Shown: one piece after another, positions 26,466 through 40,223 of the stretch
Numbering within the stretch: position 1 is the first letter of the stretch
Layout of the letters: each line of letters opens with the position of its first letter
Assembly: GCF_009914755.1 (NCBI RefSeq)
Contig: NC_060930.1
From: the human T2T-CHM13v2.0 reference genome, Homo sapiens
Length of the DNA: 64,000 nt
Direction: 5' to 3' (one strand)
Translations under genes and position numbers: made by a program
The notes under the pieces: model-generated
What the model saw: only the letters and a program-made list of their open reading frames with translations
Databases searched by the model: none
Told to the model about the DNA's origin: nothing

Positions 26466-29400
26466 CTAGTTAAGGATTTAAAAAAAAAAAAAAGCTCATG
26501 AGCATGCTCTTCAAATTTTGGTTTTGTGATTTCTGGGGTTTTCCCATTTAATTCCAGATGGAAGAGTGTCATTAAGTTCTCTTCAAATGTAACCAAATTT
26601 AGTGTGTATTATTATTGCTGGTGGAATACAATGATGGTGAATATCCCATTAAAAACTCCTCCCTAGCCCCTAATCACATTGAAGTTACATTAAAGAGTTG
26701 GATGTGTATTGAAAGTATGATAGTCTCTTGCTATAAAATTAGGCTATTGTGCAGTCAAAGAGGCCTCTGCTAAGTGTGGTTCCATTTTGGTGTCTTTGGA
26801 GGGAGAGGAAGGGCAGCCGGTATCCTGTCACTGTGTCCCCCAACATTGAGCAGATGTTCTCTGAGTTAATGTTGCTCTTCAGTTATCTTTGACAGAAGCA
26901 GGGTCTGGTTAAGATCAGATTGTTTAGACTAATGTACATTGATCTTGGCATAATGATCACAAGACTATAAGCCAGCTAGACAAGCAAGTGCTGGTGGTGA
27001 GTTGTTAGATTAAAAAAACAAAGCAGTTGTTTTGAGAATAACTTCGGTGCCCTGGACTTACATTACAAGACATTGGTTTTGTTGTATGCTACTTTTAGAT
27101 TTACCTGGGAGGACCTTTTACTTAATAAATAGCTCCAGACTATTAAGCTCGGTGCTGCTGATCCTGCGGAGAGGACCCGGACCTGAGAGTTAGTGGGAGC
27201 CACCCTTTCAGACAGACAGGGCGTTGAATGCAAAATTCTCTTGAATTTTAAGGAAGTACATGATAATCTGTTTTACTTGGGAGTATGTAGTGATTTTTTT
27301 TTTTTTTTTTTTTTTTTTTGTAAATTTCCAAGGGTGGCTGTGAAACTTACTTTCGTGGTAGTGGTGGACCCTTGAAGCGTTTTTGGAAAGTAGATGAAAG
27401 AGGGAGATGTTTACTAATTCTGTTATTTTTATTCAGTGGGTGGTGCTTGAGTGGGTATAATTTCCTCTCTAACATTCTGTCATGTTCCATGTAACTTAGA
27501 TAAAGCACACTCTGGCATATAGGAATTTCCCTACTTGCTTACCTTGGGATGTGGAGTGTGTGTGGCTTTGTCAGACTCGGCTGATGTAATGAAAAATGGA
27601 ATTAAAAAACGTGACTGAGAGTCCTACTAAAGTCTGAGCTCTCTGGTTTAAAAAAAAACCAACGCAGCTGTATTGCTATGTCTCACTTACCATATACAGT
27701 TCACCCATTTAAAGTGTACAATTCTTTTTTTTTTTTTAACTGTTAGGTTGTGCAAGCATCACAATTTAAGTCCAAAACATTCCCATTCCTCAGTCTCTGA
27801 TTGTAGAAACAAATGATCTATGACTATTTCTTACCATGAGTATGCAGATTATTTGATGCACAGCTTTTTATTTTACCTTCTTTATAGATTTCCACCCAGG
27901 AAAAAATTTTAATCCCAGGTTGTCTCTTACTTGTATGAAGTTTTCTGTAATAATTTCTTAATTATTGTAATTCTATGAACATCAACTGAAATGTAATTTT
28001 ATTAATAGCTTATTCTGTAAAAATGCTATTAATAATAATAAAAATATCAAAAAACGTTTTGAAGGCATTGCATTACCTGCCGTTTTGGATTATGATCATT
28101 CTTTTGTGTGGATAGTTGAAGATTTTAATTTTTTGACAAGCTCAATTGAATTAGGGAAGTAAGTTTGCTGCTATTGCAAAATCATATAATGCATGTTAAA
28201 TATCAGTTATCAGTGTAATTTGTTTTTTTAATGCAGCAGCTGGTTTCTAGGCTTAGGAATGATAGTTGGCAGATTTTCCTACTGCTTTCCTGTGATGTTT
28301 GTTAGAAGCTTCTAGTATAGTTTCTTCATTTCTAAGCTTTTGAGACTGATTGTATGCTGCTTATCTATATATGTAGATAAGTTTCTTGTCTTTCAAGGTC
28401 TTTTCAAGAGGTGCTGGAGCAGATTTAGGAACGCAGCATAGTTTAATATTGTTAAGCAGGGATGTGTACCTGAATCTCTTTTGGAAGTACAAAAATTCAC
28501 CAAGTTGGTACCTCCGGCTACCCAACTCTGATATGGAAACCTGGGGTGATCTGCTGTCAATTACGAGTTGCACCTCAGCTAGAGAACCGTTGTTAATTTA
28601 TTTGTCCTCTAATTGAAAATCTGGAGCTCGAGCTTACTCATTGATCTTGGTCTAGTTACTGTATTCCCATCCTTTCCTGTGTAATTGAGAAAGAGCTTTT
28701 GATAGGAAGTAGTATATGGAAAAGTAATTCAACCTCTTGGAATTTTCAACTAAAATTCAGTTCATAATTAAACATATTAATTTATTTAATATTATTCGTT
28801 CCCATTGCTGGGACCGAAATAAGACCATAAGTGCATTTTATACATTTTCTAGCTTTTATAAGTTTGCTTCCTTTAAAATACCGATTTTGACTTTATTCCT
28901 CTTAGATGGAAATTTTCTGAGAAAGAATTCCATTTTCTTACGTTTTCTTAGAGTTACATGGGCAACATTGTAGTTCAGCACAGCCCTTGGGTTGCTGGGA
29001 GTCTGTTACTGGGTCATTGAGCCTTGGGTGGACCAGAAGGCTCACACTGATGAAGCCTTGGGAAGGGAACTGCCTGGGATTGAATCTCTGCTCTGCTGCT
29101 TATCCAGGTTTGCAACTTGGGATAAGTTAGCTTTTCTTTCATGGAGTGGTGATATATGAAACATACATTCTGTAAGTGTTCGTGGTTTTGTTGTCGTTCA
29201 GCTGTCTGTATTAGAAATAATGAATTATTATTCAGTGATTTTTCCTGTCTGATAAAAGTCTGTTGTCAGATGTAGATTGGACGCTTAGAGGTTCAGGGTC
29301 TTTCATCTAGTTAAATGCGCATTAAAGCATCTATTTGGTGAACATTACTTTTGTGGCATAAAATAGTTTAAATGTGCTTCCCAAAGATCCTGGCTTCCAT

Positions 29401-29928
29401 TAAGATATTCATTTATTCATTAGGAGAGTAATTCATTTTTTATTACACAGTAGCTTATAGCAGGTGTTAGAAACTCCAGTTAACACTAATGGCAATCAGC
29501 ATTTAACTTTTTTCTTTACTGTCTGCTGTTTTGTGGTTTTCCACCATTTATTCTTAATTGTCATATATAGTGGAAGTAATTAAATCCATGAGTCGCCTCC
29601 TCTTGTTATAAATGTTTGTACCCCTTTTAAGTTTGCTTGGCTTTCTCAGATTCTGGTTTCAATTAACATGCTTATGATTTTCTGGGTTTGCAGGGCAGAT
29701 TAGTAGGCTTTGGTGTGGCTTTTTTCTTTCTTCCTTTCTGCCTTTACGCGTTTGGTTGATGCATCTGTGTACCTAACCCACTTCTCTGGGAGAGGGGATG
29801 TGGAGCCATCGTTTTGTCTTGATCTCCAGGAGCCTTGCTTGATTTTGTTTGTTCTGCTCTAACAACGTCTGGATGCTTGTAGTGACCAGCTTGTAGTGGT
29901 CAAGTTATTCCTATTGAAGTAATTGTAA

Positions 29929-30222
29929 TTTTTTTTTTTTTTTTGAGACAGTCTTGCTTTGTCACCCAGTCTGGAGCGCAGTGGTGTGATCTCGGTTCAC
30001 TGCAACCTCCACCTCCTGGGTTCAAGCAGTGCTCCTTCCTCTGCCTCCCAAGTAGCTAGGAATACAGGTGCTTGCCACCACACCCATCTAATTTTTGTAT
30101 TTTTAGTAGAGACAGGGTTTCACCATGTTGGCTAGGCTGCTCTCGAACTCCTGACCTTGTGATCTGCCTGCCTCAGCCTCCCAAAGTGCCGGGATTACAG
30201 GTGTGAGCCACCATTCCCTGGC
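29929..30222 (-). mobile_element. AluS
   Basis: TSD AGTAATTGTAAT. Confidence 0.95.
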
Positions 30223-30912
30223 AGTAATTGTAATATTTTATATCAGAAGAAAAGATAGGTAGACTGTTTTCTTAAAGCAGTATTTGTCATCCCTGAGACA
30301 TTTCGTGGTTAAGAACATGAGAACACATGTGAAGTAACTAAATATTCAGCAGCTACTATATATTTAAGTAGTTGGGTTGAGAATTTAGCTATAATTTATG
30401 GGCAGAATGAGGATATGGGGAAAAGAAGGACCCAGGTAGGTGGTGAAATGCTATCCTAAACCTTTTGAAAGTATTTAGAAAGGAAGTATGTTGATGAAAT
30501 GCAGGACTTAACGAGAATGTGTGTGGGGAGGTGGTGGGAAGTATGGGAGAAGTGCACATGCTTGATGATGAGAGAAATGATTATTTTGTTTCATGCAAGC
30601 AAGCATTCTTCTCAGTATTTTAACCTTTTAAACCATCAGAATTCATTTTGCCTTCCCTGATTCCTCACGTGGTTGGTGAGCATTTGAGAAAAATATTTTA
30701 TTTTCCATGATATGTGTTTAGATTCCTGGGTATACTCTCTAATGTATTATTGTTGAGCTTGTGTAAGAAAATGAGATGAAGAATGAGATATTCTTCACCA
30801 ATTACACCAATGACTTTTTAAAAAGTAGAATTCTGTTGGGGTTTAAACATTTCCACTTTGTGTATGTTGGTGGTGATGGCTCAAAAATCCTTTACTGGAC
30901 AAGGAAGTATAT

Positions 30913-31578
<666 letters not shown>

Positions 31579-33379
31579 AATTATTTCTTTTAATTCTATT
31601 TTTTTCTATGAATATTCTTTGCAGTAGATAATCTTTGTGTGGAGGGGTTCTCAGTATTTTTTAAATTATATTTTATAAACTTCCATGGGCTGGGACTGGT
31701 TCAGAGTCTTCATAAGCTCATAGAAATGCTTTAAAGTTTGAACTTAATTAAATTTTTTTTTCTAGAAGTTAACTTGTGGGTTTTCTTTTCCTCTTCTCTT
31801 CAGTTATACTTGAAAAGGTAGAGAGAATTGCTCTTGCTTTCTTCTCGAGTATAAAAATGTCAAACATTGTTCTTTATTCTTCGCTGAAACCATACAGGTA
31901 AAAAGCCCACAATCAAGCTTTTGCAGACCCAGCTCCCAGCTAGATGAGAAGCAGCTGCAACAGGAGAACTAGCGTGGGGAGCTCTAACCAGAGTAGGCTT
32001 TGCTGTTTAGGTTTAGTGGTTGCTATTTTCTACCTCTTTGTGAATGGAGAGGTGGAGGCGGATGAATTAAGCCAATTAATTGGAAAAGAAATACTTACTT
32101 CAGTAGCATACCATCTGAAGCAATAGGATGGAAGTTTAAGACTTGTTAATTAAGACCATGAAAGAACTCCATGGACAATGTTGAAAAGGGTTTTCACATT
32201 AACTGTGTGTGTATTAGGAAGGGAAAAATGTTTTCACTGAGATTCCTGAAACCATATTGCAACATGAGTTTCCCTCTTGACCTTGCAGCTTATGTTGGTC
32301 TGCTTTTCAATATTAAAAGAAAAATGTGGATCCCATCTATGAAGTCATAGCTCATTTAGGGGTGATGTGGTAGATAGGTCCTGGTTAGTTTTGAAGGACC
32401 TAATTGCTATATTAGGTTTTATTTTCTAATCCAAGATGGTGACTTTTTGTTGGAGGTGGGAGATACTAAAGAAAAATGTTCCATCTGGATGGAATTTTGT
32501 GGGCAGGTAAGTTTTTAGTGTCTCCATCCACAACCACAACAACATTATGTGCCCTAATTAGTTACGTGTGTGAAGTGGGCCTAACTGGAGTAGCCAGTGA
32601 GAATGACTTGGACGTTTTCAGAAGAATTATTTGCAGGTTGGAAAATTCTCACTTCTATTTCCAGGATTGTTCAGTCTGGAGGAACAGTACAAATTAAAGT
32701 GCACTGTTTTAGAAGTGGGACTGGATTTTGGCATTGGCAGCTCCATAATTGTAGTTTTGGCCAAAGATCACTGATGGCTTTTGACTCATCACGCGTGAGG
32801 AGCTCCTGCAGGAATGCTGAAGAAAAAAGGAAGGGATTCCATGAAGGGAAGTAAAAACCAGAGCAGAAACACCGAGCTTCCCAGTTCCTCTCCCCCACCA
32901 CCCCTTACGCTAGTGCTGCATTCTATCAAAAGACAGAAGGAAAGATGAAGGCTGGGGATGCTACCTCCTTCCCGCAAGCAATGCCTTATTCTGGCCTTCA
33001 GCTTAATACATCATCTCTTCTAGCTTGAATCCTTGCAGGTACTCTTTTTTGGAGATGAGACGGACACCGTTGAAATGTATATACAATGACAGAGTTTATT
33101 CTCAGGCTATGATTCTGCGTCTTTTGCTAAGGATGTCAAATCTGGATATTCTCGGTTCTTGTGGTCCCGTATTATTGGTTAGATGAGGAAAGTTAACAGA
33201 GATGGGTTGAGTGGAAGTAGCTGGGCCCACCATGTCCTGGATCTTAATGTTGGATAAGTCTGCTGTATTGTTTGTTGAACTCTGCAAGCCCAGCATCTGT
33301 TTTAACACGCGGCTGGAATGTGGGGAGACAGCCCTTTCCATCAAGCTTGAGGCTGTGACCTGAGGCATACATCAGTAAC

Positions 33380-33447
33380 GTCACAGAATCATGATCAGAA
33401 AGGTCTAAGGGTGAAGTCACAGAATCATGATCAATAAGATCTAAGGG
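33380..33447. repeat. Two-copy direct repeat, 32-bp unit, period 36
   Basis: GTCACAGAATCATGATCAGAAAGGTCTAAGGG vs GTCACAGAATCATGATCAATAAGATCTAAGGG (29/32). Confidence 0.95.
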
Positions 33448-36069
33448 ACTGGGAAACCAATATGCTGTTATTTTTGTGCTGCATGTTGACCAAGCACCTG
33501 AAATGAAGGAAATAAGCTGTGTTTTGCAGGATTTCTGATGAAGGCAGACCTCACCTGGCTCACTCAGTTTCTCCGTGTCTTGAGCTGGAGATGTTAATCA
33601 AAACGTGCATCTAATCAGGTGTTCGTCTTCATTAGTAACACGGAGACTCTATAGCTAGTGGGAAGAACTTTGGTGTTACTGACTTAGCTGATTCCAAGAT
33701 GTGCTCGGTATTCACATTTTAAAATGCCTAAAATGACAAACAACCCATTTGCATCAGTCACCTTGTTCTCATAGCCTGAGTATGAGTGAATTTGGTCCAG
33801 GTTGTTCATAACCTCATCACTTCCTTATAGTCATCGTTGGGCCTTCACTGATTGCATTTAATTGCTATTTAAACAAGATTCACATGGATTTCATTTCAAT
33901 GCCAAATCATAGTTTAAGGTTTTTTTTTTTTTTTTTTTTGAATTAACAAAGGCATAGAAACTGAGTGGCAGCAGGCTGTACATTTGATTTTAGTGAAATA
34001 TTTGGTGTGGGAGGAATGACCAAAATTTCACTTTTGATTGCAAAATAACTCCCAAATATTTTTGGCAACCTAGTAACAGGAAGACGGTCCTCAAAGTTAT
34101 GTTAGGTCCTCAAGGATTGCTTACTTATTCCAGGGTAGCTGGAGGCAGGAGAAACTGCCACATCCTTGTACTGAAAGAGATTTCAAAGTAAAAAAAAAAA
34201 AAGCAGATATCTTGGATTAAGGGTTACTAAATAGCAGTCATGTTTTCAATTTGAGTGGTATGTAATAAAATACAAATTTCATATTTGAAGGTGCCTTTTT
34301 GGTTAACGAAGAGGATGTTGCTGAAGACCTACTGTGCTCATCAGGTATGAGGAAAATAGAGGTCACCCCAGGGAGCCTATAGATTAGTAGGTGAGCCAAG
34401 CATTTCTGAGTAATACCAACAGTAACTAATGCTCTAATAGGGTCTGGTAAAAACTTCTCTGAGGTAAAGAGATGCTGAAAGGTGAATATGAGTGAGTGAG
34501 GGGAAAAGCTGGGAGGATTCCGGTCAACCTCTTGTTTTTGTTCCCACCAATAGCTACCAGGTAGGGATTGCTGGATTAAATAAAACTGGAAACCTTCCTT
34601 CTAGCTGGGGTCCTCATGGAAAGACACTGGCCTCATGGAGCAGGAGGCCTGGGTCTCATCCCTGCTCTGCTCCAGAGGGGTTCAAATGAGCAGATCTTTC
34701 TGGGTCCCACTTTCCTCATGTAAAATGGAGGGGTGGCAAATGTTGGTGCATGTGTAGCGTCTGATGCTAGGAGTAGGTGCATTTATATCACACAAGGCTA
34801 CCGACTTGCACCTGTGTTCTGGGAGCCAATCCTATTCACCACTGGATTTAATTTGCTCTTCTTGGGGAAGTGACCAATGTATGGATTCAACTGGGAAGTT
34901 ATCCTGGGCTTCTGATGAGTTGCTGTGTGGTCCAGAGAGGCACACACTTTTGTGCAGCCTTATAAAATGGGATGTTTTGGCATCTGTAGCTGCTTCCCTT
35001 GGCAGGGAGCAATGGCCTGAGTCACTCACCCTCTTGGTTCTTCCAAGTGCTCTCCACTCCCCGCTTCCCTCTGCTGATGACATACCAGGAGATTCTTCAA
35101 ACTAGTGTTGACTTGGCTTGAGAGATGGTATTAAAGAGCAGTTACTACTGTACATATCCTTTTAAAAAAGGATAATCACTGCGCCGAATCTGAGGCTGTG
35201 ATGCATTTAAAATTGATGTTGATATTTTTCCTTTTTAATTTTTTTCAGTAATAGTTCTCCCTCTTTTCTCTCCGACGTAAGGGAGGAACACAGCTAGCTC
35301 TTCATTGCAGGCTTATCTTCCCCGTTGCCCTCCTGAAATCCTGTTAGTTTCTTGAACCCAAATTTATTGACATATTATTCATTATAACAGAAAATATTAA
35401 AGGCTGCTAAAATCTGAGCCATCATGCTTAGCTGAGATTCCTGAAAGACTATAATTTTAACAAGGAAGGCTCTCTTGTTAAGAAACTATGTAGCCCCCCG
35501 CCTCTCCACCCCGTTCTTAATATTAATGTTACATTGTCCTCTGTCTGTAAGCTGTTTCCTGATAACGTGCATTGTCATTGGAGAGGAAGACTATTCTTCC
35601 CCCAGCTCAGATGTAGATTACTAAGTAAAAAGTCCCCAGAGGACCACATGACCACATGATCCAGGAATCAGAATAGTGAAGGGAAGGCTCCAAGCATGGC
35701 CTGGGAGGTCTAAGTCAGGGATACAAATGAAGCTCTGCATCTTGGGGTTTCCTTGCAGATCCTTTTCCTGTGCTTCAGTCCTTTCCACCTTACTCTCCCT
35801 TAACGTCCTGGAAACATGAAGTTGTCTGAGTGTCTATTAAGTAGTTCACTTGGCTGTCATGTAGGGAGCAGACAATGATGGTGTGCTTCCAGCAGGCAGA
35901 ACAGTTCAAAGGCAGGGTGCAACCTCTGCTTTTCCCCCCTCAGACATGACTGTAAGTCTAAATTCACTGTAAATAATGTGTACAGTGGAATAAGTTTTGT
36001 AAATAAATACGCATAGCATAGCGCCACGAGGTTACTTATTACAGCTGCAAAGGGCTATTGAGACATCAA

Positions 36070-36525
36070 TACATCTTTTGCTTTTATTGGTGAACAATAC
36101 TCTGTTGCATGGATATGTCCCATTTTATGCATTCATGAGTTGATGGACACTTGGCTGGGTGGTTTCCATGTTATCGTCATGATGAATAATGGTGCTGTGA
36201 ACATTTGTAAGCAAGTTTTGGTGTGGACTGTTTTTCACTTTTGGGTGTATGCCAGAGAATTGAATTTCTGGGTCACATGGCAACTGTTTAACCTTTTGAG
36301 TAATAGCCTTTTGAGTATTTTTCAGAGCCACCGTATCATTTTACACTCCCACTGCTGTTTGAGGTTCCAGTTTCTCTGCATCCTTTCCAATACTTGTTGC
36401 CTGTCTTTTTAGAAAAATAGTTATTGTAGTAGGTGTGAAGTGGTATCGCATTGCTGTTTTAATTTGCATTTACCCACTAATGATATTGAGCATGTTTTCA
36501 TGTGTTTATTGTTCACTTATATACA
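36070..36525 (-). mobile_element. L1M 3' region fragment
   Basis: TTGATGGACACTTGG...ATGAATAATGGTGCTGTGAACATT...GTGTGAAGTGGTATC.CATTG...TGAGCATGTTTTCATGTG. Confidence 0.85.
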
Positions 36526-37261
36526 TTACAGTAGAAATCTTGAGCTTAATTCATATCGTTGTACCTATTCTGAGAGAGCTTTGATTCATTCATATCTTAC
36601 TTAAATTTCTACTTAAATGGTGGTTTTAAAAAGAGCAGTTTGGAGACAAGAATGCTTATGTTATTTAGGAAAAAATATCATTATCGAGGAAGGTCTCTTT
36701 CTGAACAACAACAGCAAAATTTTATTCCAAAATCGAATGCCAATTGATCGTGGTGAATTAAGTGTTCTAGTAATAAGCTGCTGGCTCAGAAGTTAGGAGC
36801 CTGTCACATTAGAATGATCCTTTTCCTGGTGGGAATTCCATGTTTCTCTTTATTGAGAACTCAGAACAATTGTAAACCCCTTCAACCAATACTCTACTCC
36901 TTCTACCTCTTCAGGATTTCAATGCAAAAAAAAAAATTCTTTTCAATCAAAACAATTACTTTTCTCTTTCTAGGGAAACGTAACAGAGATGGTAGTTTTG
37001 CATGAGTTGGAGCCACCAGTTATTTTTGACCCACTCAGGTGTTCATACTTCGTCAGTAGGAAATTCAAGGAACTGATCTTTTATGTACAGTAAAATAAAA
37101 ACAAATGGGGAAAAAAATCTGCCACTTATGTTCCTAAAGCGTACAGTTTAAGATAACAGTCCCCTCTGTGCCAGCACATCCCTGTATAGCCTTTTCAGAG
37201 TTCAGCATGAGGTGTATTTCAATGGCAGCAAGTTCAGTCTTGTTCACAGGTGTATCTAAGT

Positions 37262-37654
37262 AAAAGGGATTTTGCAGCTGGGATTGATCAAGGATCATCA
37301 GACGAGAAGAGTATCCAGGTGAGCCCAATGTAATCACAAGCGTCCTTATTAAACAGAGGTAGGTGGCTCACTGTCAGAGCAAAAAATGAGACGAGAAGAC
37401 AGGACCGAAGGTGGGAGTGATGCAGTTTGAGGATGGATAAGGGGGCCACAAGCCATGGCATATTAGCAGCCGTTAGAAGCTGAAAAGGGCACGGTATTGG
37501 ATTCTCTCAGAGCTTGCAGAAAAATCCAGCCTTGCTAACACCACCAGCACAGTGAAACTGATTTTGGACTACTTACTTCCAGAACTGTAAGAAAATTTGT
37601 GTTTTAAGACAGAAATGTGATAATTTGTTAACAGCAGCAACAGGAAATTACTGC
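37262..37654 (+). mobile_element. MLT1 (MLT1D-like) MaLR LTR
   Basis: AAAAGGGATTTTGCAG...CCCAATGTAATCACAAG...CTTCCAGAACTGTAAGA...TTTGTTAACAGCAGCAACAGGAAA, typical MLT1 motifs. Confidence 0.8.
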
Positions 37655-37714
37655 ATACTTTAATGCTTTCTTTGTCCTTTGTTAACACAGGGGTTAGACA
37701 TTTGATGTTACTGC

Positions 37715-37880
37715 TTAAGTAACACTCAGTGTCAGGCACACTTCTAAAAACTTTCAGTGTATTATATACACAGCAGACATTCAAGCACAGATAAGGAAAT
37801 GAGCATGTACTTAACATTCCCCAAGATCATAGAGCCAGTAAACAGCTGGGATTTGAACCCAGACCACCGGACTGTAAAAG
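37715..37880 (-). mobile_element. MIR SINE
   Basis: CAGATAAGGAAATGAG...CCCAAGATCATAGAGCCAGTAA...GGATTTGAACCCAG. Confidence 0.7.
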
Positions 37881-38699
37881 TGTACAGTATATCGAATGCT
37901 ACTTAGCTGGGTTAGGCCACATGACTGGTGAAATTCAGCTGGTAATGTAGTTTGGAAACCATAGAATACCTACCCCTACAAGCAAGAATTGTGTGGTTGA
38001 TAAATGCTGTAAAGAATGTTAAAGGAGTTCCTTAGACTGGGGTATAGGTTGGTCAGAGAAGGCTTTGAAGAAGGTGATATTTGAGAACTGAATATTAGAA
38101 AAGCCGGGGAGGTGAATTTCAGGTGGGGAGCAAGCACAAAAAACTTGATTAGGCTGCGGATTGCTGACCATGATAAGAGTTCAAGAAAGAAATAATTGAA
38201 AGTCCAGAAGAATGTTCATTGAGAGCACTATATGAACCCTCCCTCCCATTGTGTGGATTTGGTCACTGACTGGATGTCATGCAAAGGGTAGGAGGAGAGA
38301 AAACCTTACACATTCCCATTCTGCCCTGTGTGAGGTCTCAAAAGTAGTTAGTATAAGTTATAAAGGAATTATCTGCCTGTACTTTGTATTGATAAGCTAC
38401 TTTTTAATTTAATTTAATTTAAGTGATACTTTGTTAGAAATTGTCAATGAACTTGATAACATCAAAAAATGCAAGCTGATATTTTGGATCACTAAGGCTG
38501 CAATATATGCAGAAATCTTAAAATTTTTACTCAAAGTGATTATGATTTTGTTTTGCCTATTAGGTGATTTTATATCTAATGTTAATACATTCTAGAACTT
38601 TCATATGGGGATAAAATACTAATAATACTAATAATTATTCACACACAGTATTTCAAAAGTAATTTTAAGTACAATTTGATTTTAGGTTAGTTGATTTAT

Positions 38700-39645
38700 T
38701 TTTGCTTATGTAAAAAATCACATAAGATTCACTGTTGTAACCATTGTAAAGAGTACAGTTCATAGACTTTTAGTCCTTAGTGCATTCCTTCCTTCCTTCC
38801 TCTTGCTTTTTTTTTTTTGAGACAGTGTCTCACTAGGTCACCCAGGCTGAAGTGCAGTGCTGTGATCCCGGCTCACTGCAACCTCTGCCTCCTAGGCTGA
38901 AACGATTCTCGTGCCTCGGTCTCCAGAGGAGGTGGGACCACAGGTGCGTGCCACCACGCCTGGCTAATTTCTGTATTTTTAGTAGAGACGGGTTTTGCCA
39001 TGTTGGCCAGGCTGGTCTCAAACTCCTGACTTCATGTGATCTGCCCACCTTGACTTCCCCAAGTGCTGGGATTACAGGCGTGAGCCAGTGTGCCCGGCCA
39101 CTTAGTACATTTCTGGAACTTTTTCATCACTCTCAAAGAGAAACCCGATATCCATTAGCAGTAGTCCCCCCTCCTTTCCCAGCAACCTCTGGCAGCCAGC
39201 AATGTATTTTCTGTCTTTGTGGGTTGGCCTATTCTGGAGACTTCGTAGCAATGGAATCCTGCAATATGTGGCCTCTCTGCCTCCCTGTTTCCCTAGCTAT
39301 GTTTTCAAGGTTCATCCACGCTGCCCCATGAAATCTTTTTTACGGCTGAATATCCTATTGTAAGTATATGCCATATTTCGTTCATTTATTCATCATTTGA
39401 TGGACAGTTGGGTTGTTTATACTTTTTGGATATTATGTATAATGCTGCTGTGAACATTTGTGTTCACGTTTTACATGAGTGCCCAGGAATAGAATTGAAT
39501 AATTCTATGTTTAACTTTTTGAGGAACCCACACTTGGCCTAAGTAGCTTTCCCACAATTGCTGTATGAGGTTTCCCGTTTCTTCATCTTCACCAACGTCT
39601 GCTGTTTTTCTTTTTGTTTTTATTATAGTCATTCTAGTGGATTTG
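38700..39645 (-). mobile_element. L1MB-type fragment with nested Alu
   Basis: CATAAGATTCAC...AAAGAGTACAGTTCA...GCCTATTCTGGA...TTCATCATTTGATGGACA.TTGGGTTG. Confidence 0.8.
38807..39099 (-). mobile_element. AluS
   Basis: Full dimer inside L1; CTTAGT[G/A]CATT flanks. Confidence 0.94.
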
Positions 39646-39824
39646 TCTTAAGTTCACGTCTATGGAATCTTTAACAAGTACATATATTTTAACTTCCTAT
39701 TTGTCACGTAGTACATTGTGTTTCATATGTAAGGGAGAGCATTTTTTTTTTAGGCAAATTCATAAATATAAGCTTGAAGTGGGAAGAAATGTATTATAGT
39801 TTTATTAATGTGCACATTTTCCTA

Positions 39825-40223
<399 letters not shown>

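Noticed and set aside
33380-33447. CRISPR-like repeat-spacer
   Set aside because: Only two copies, a 4-nt gap, and a eukaryotic context.
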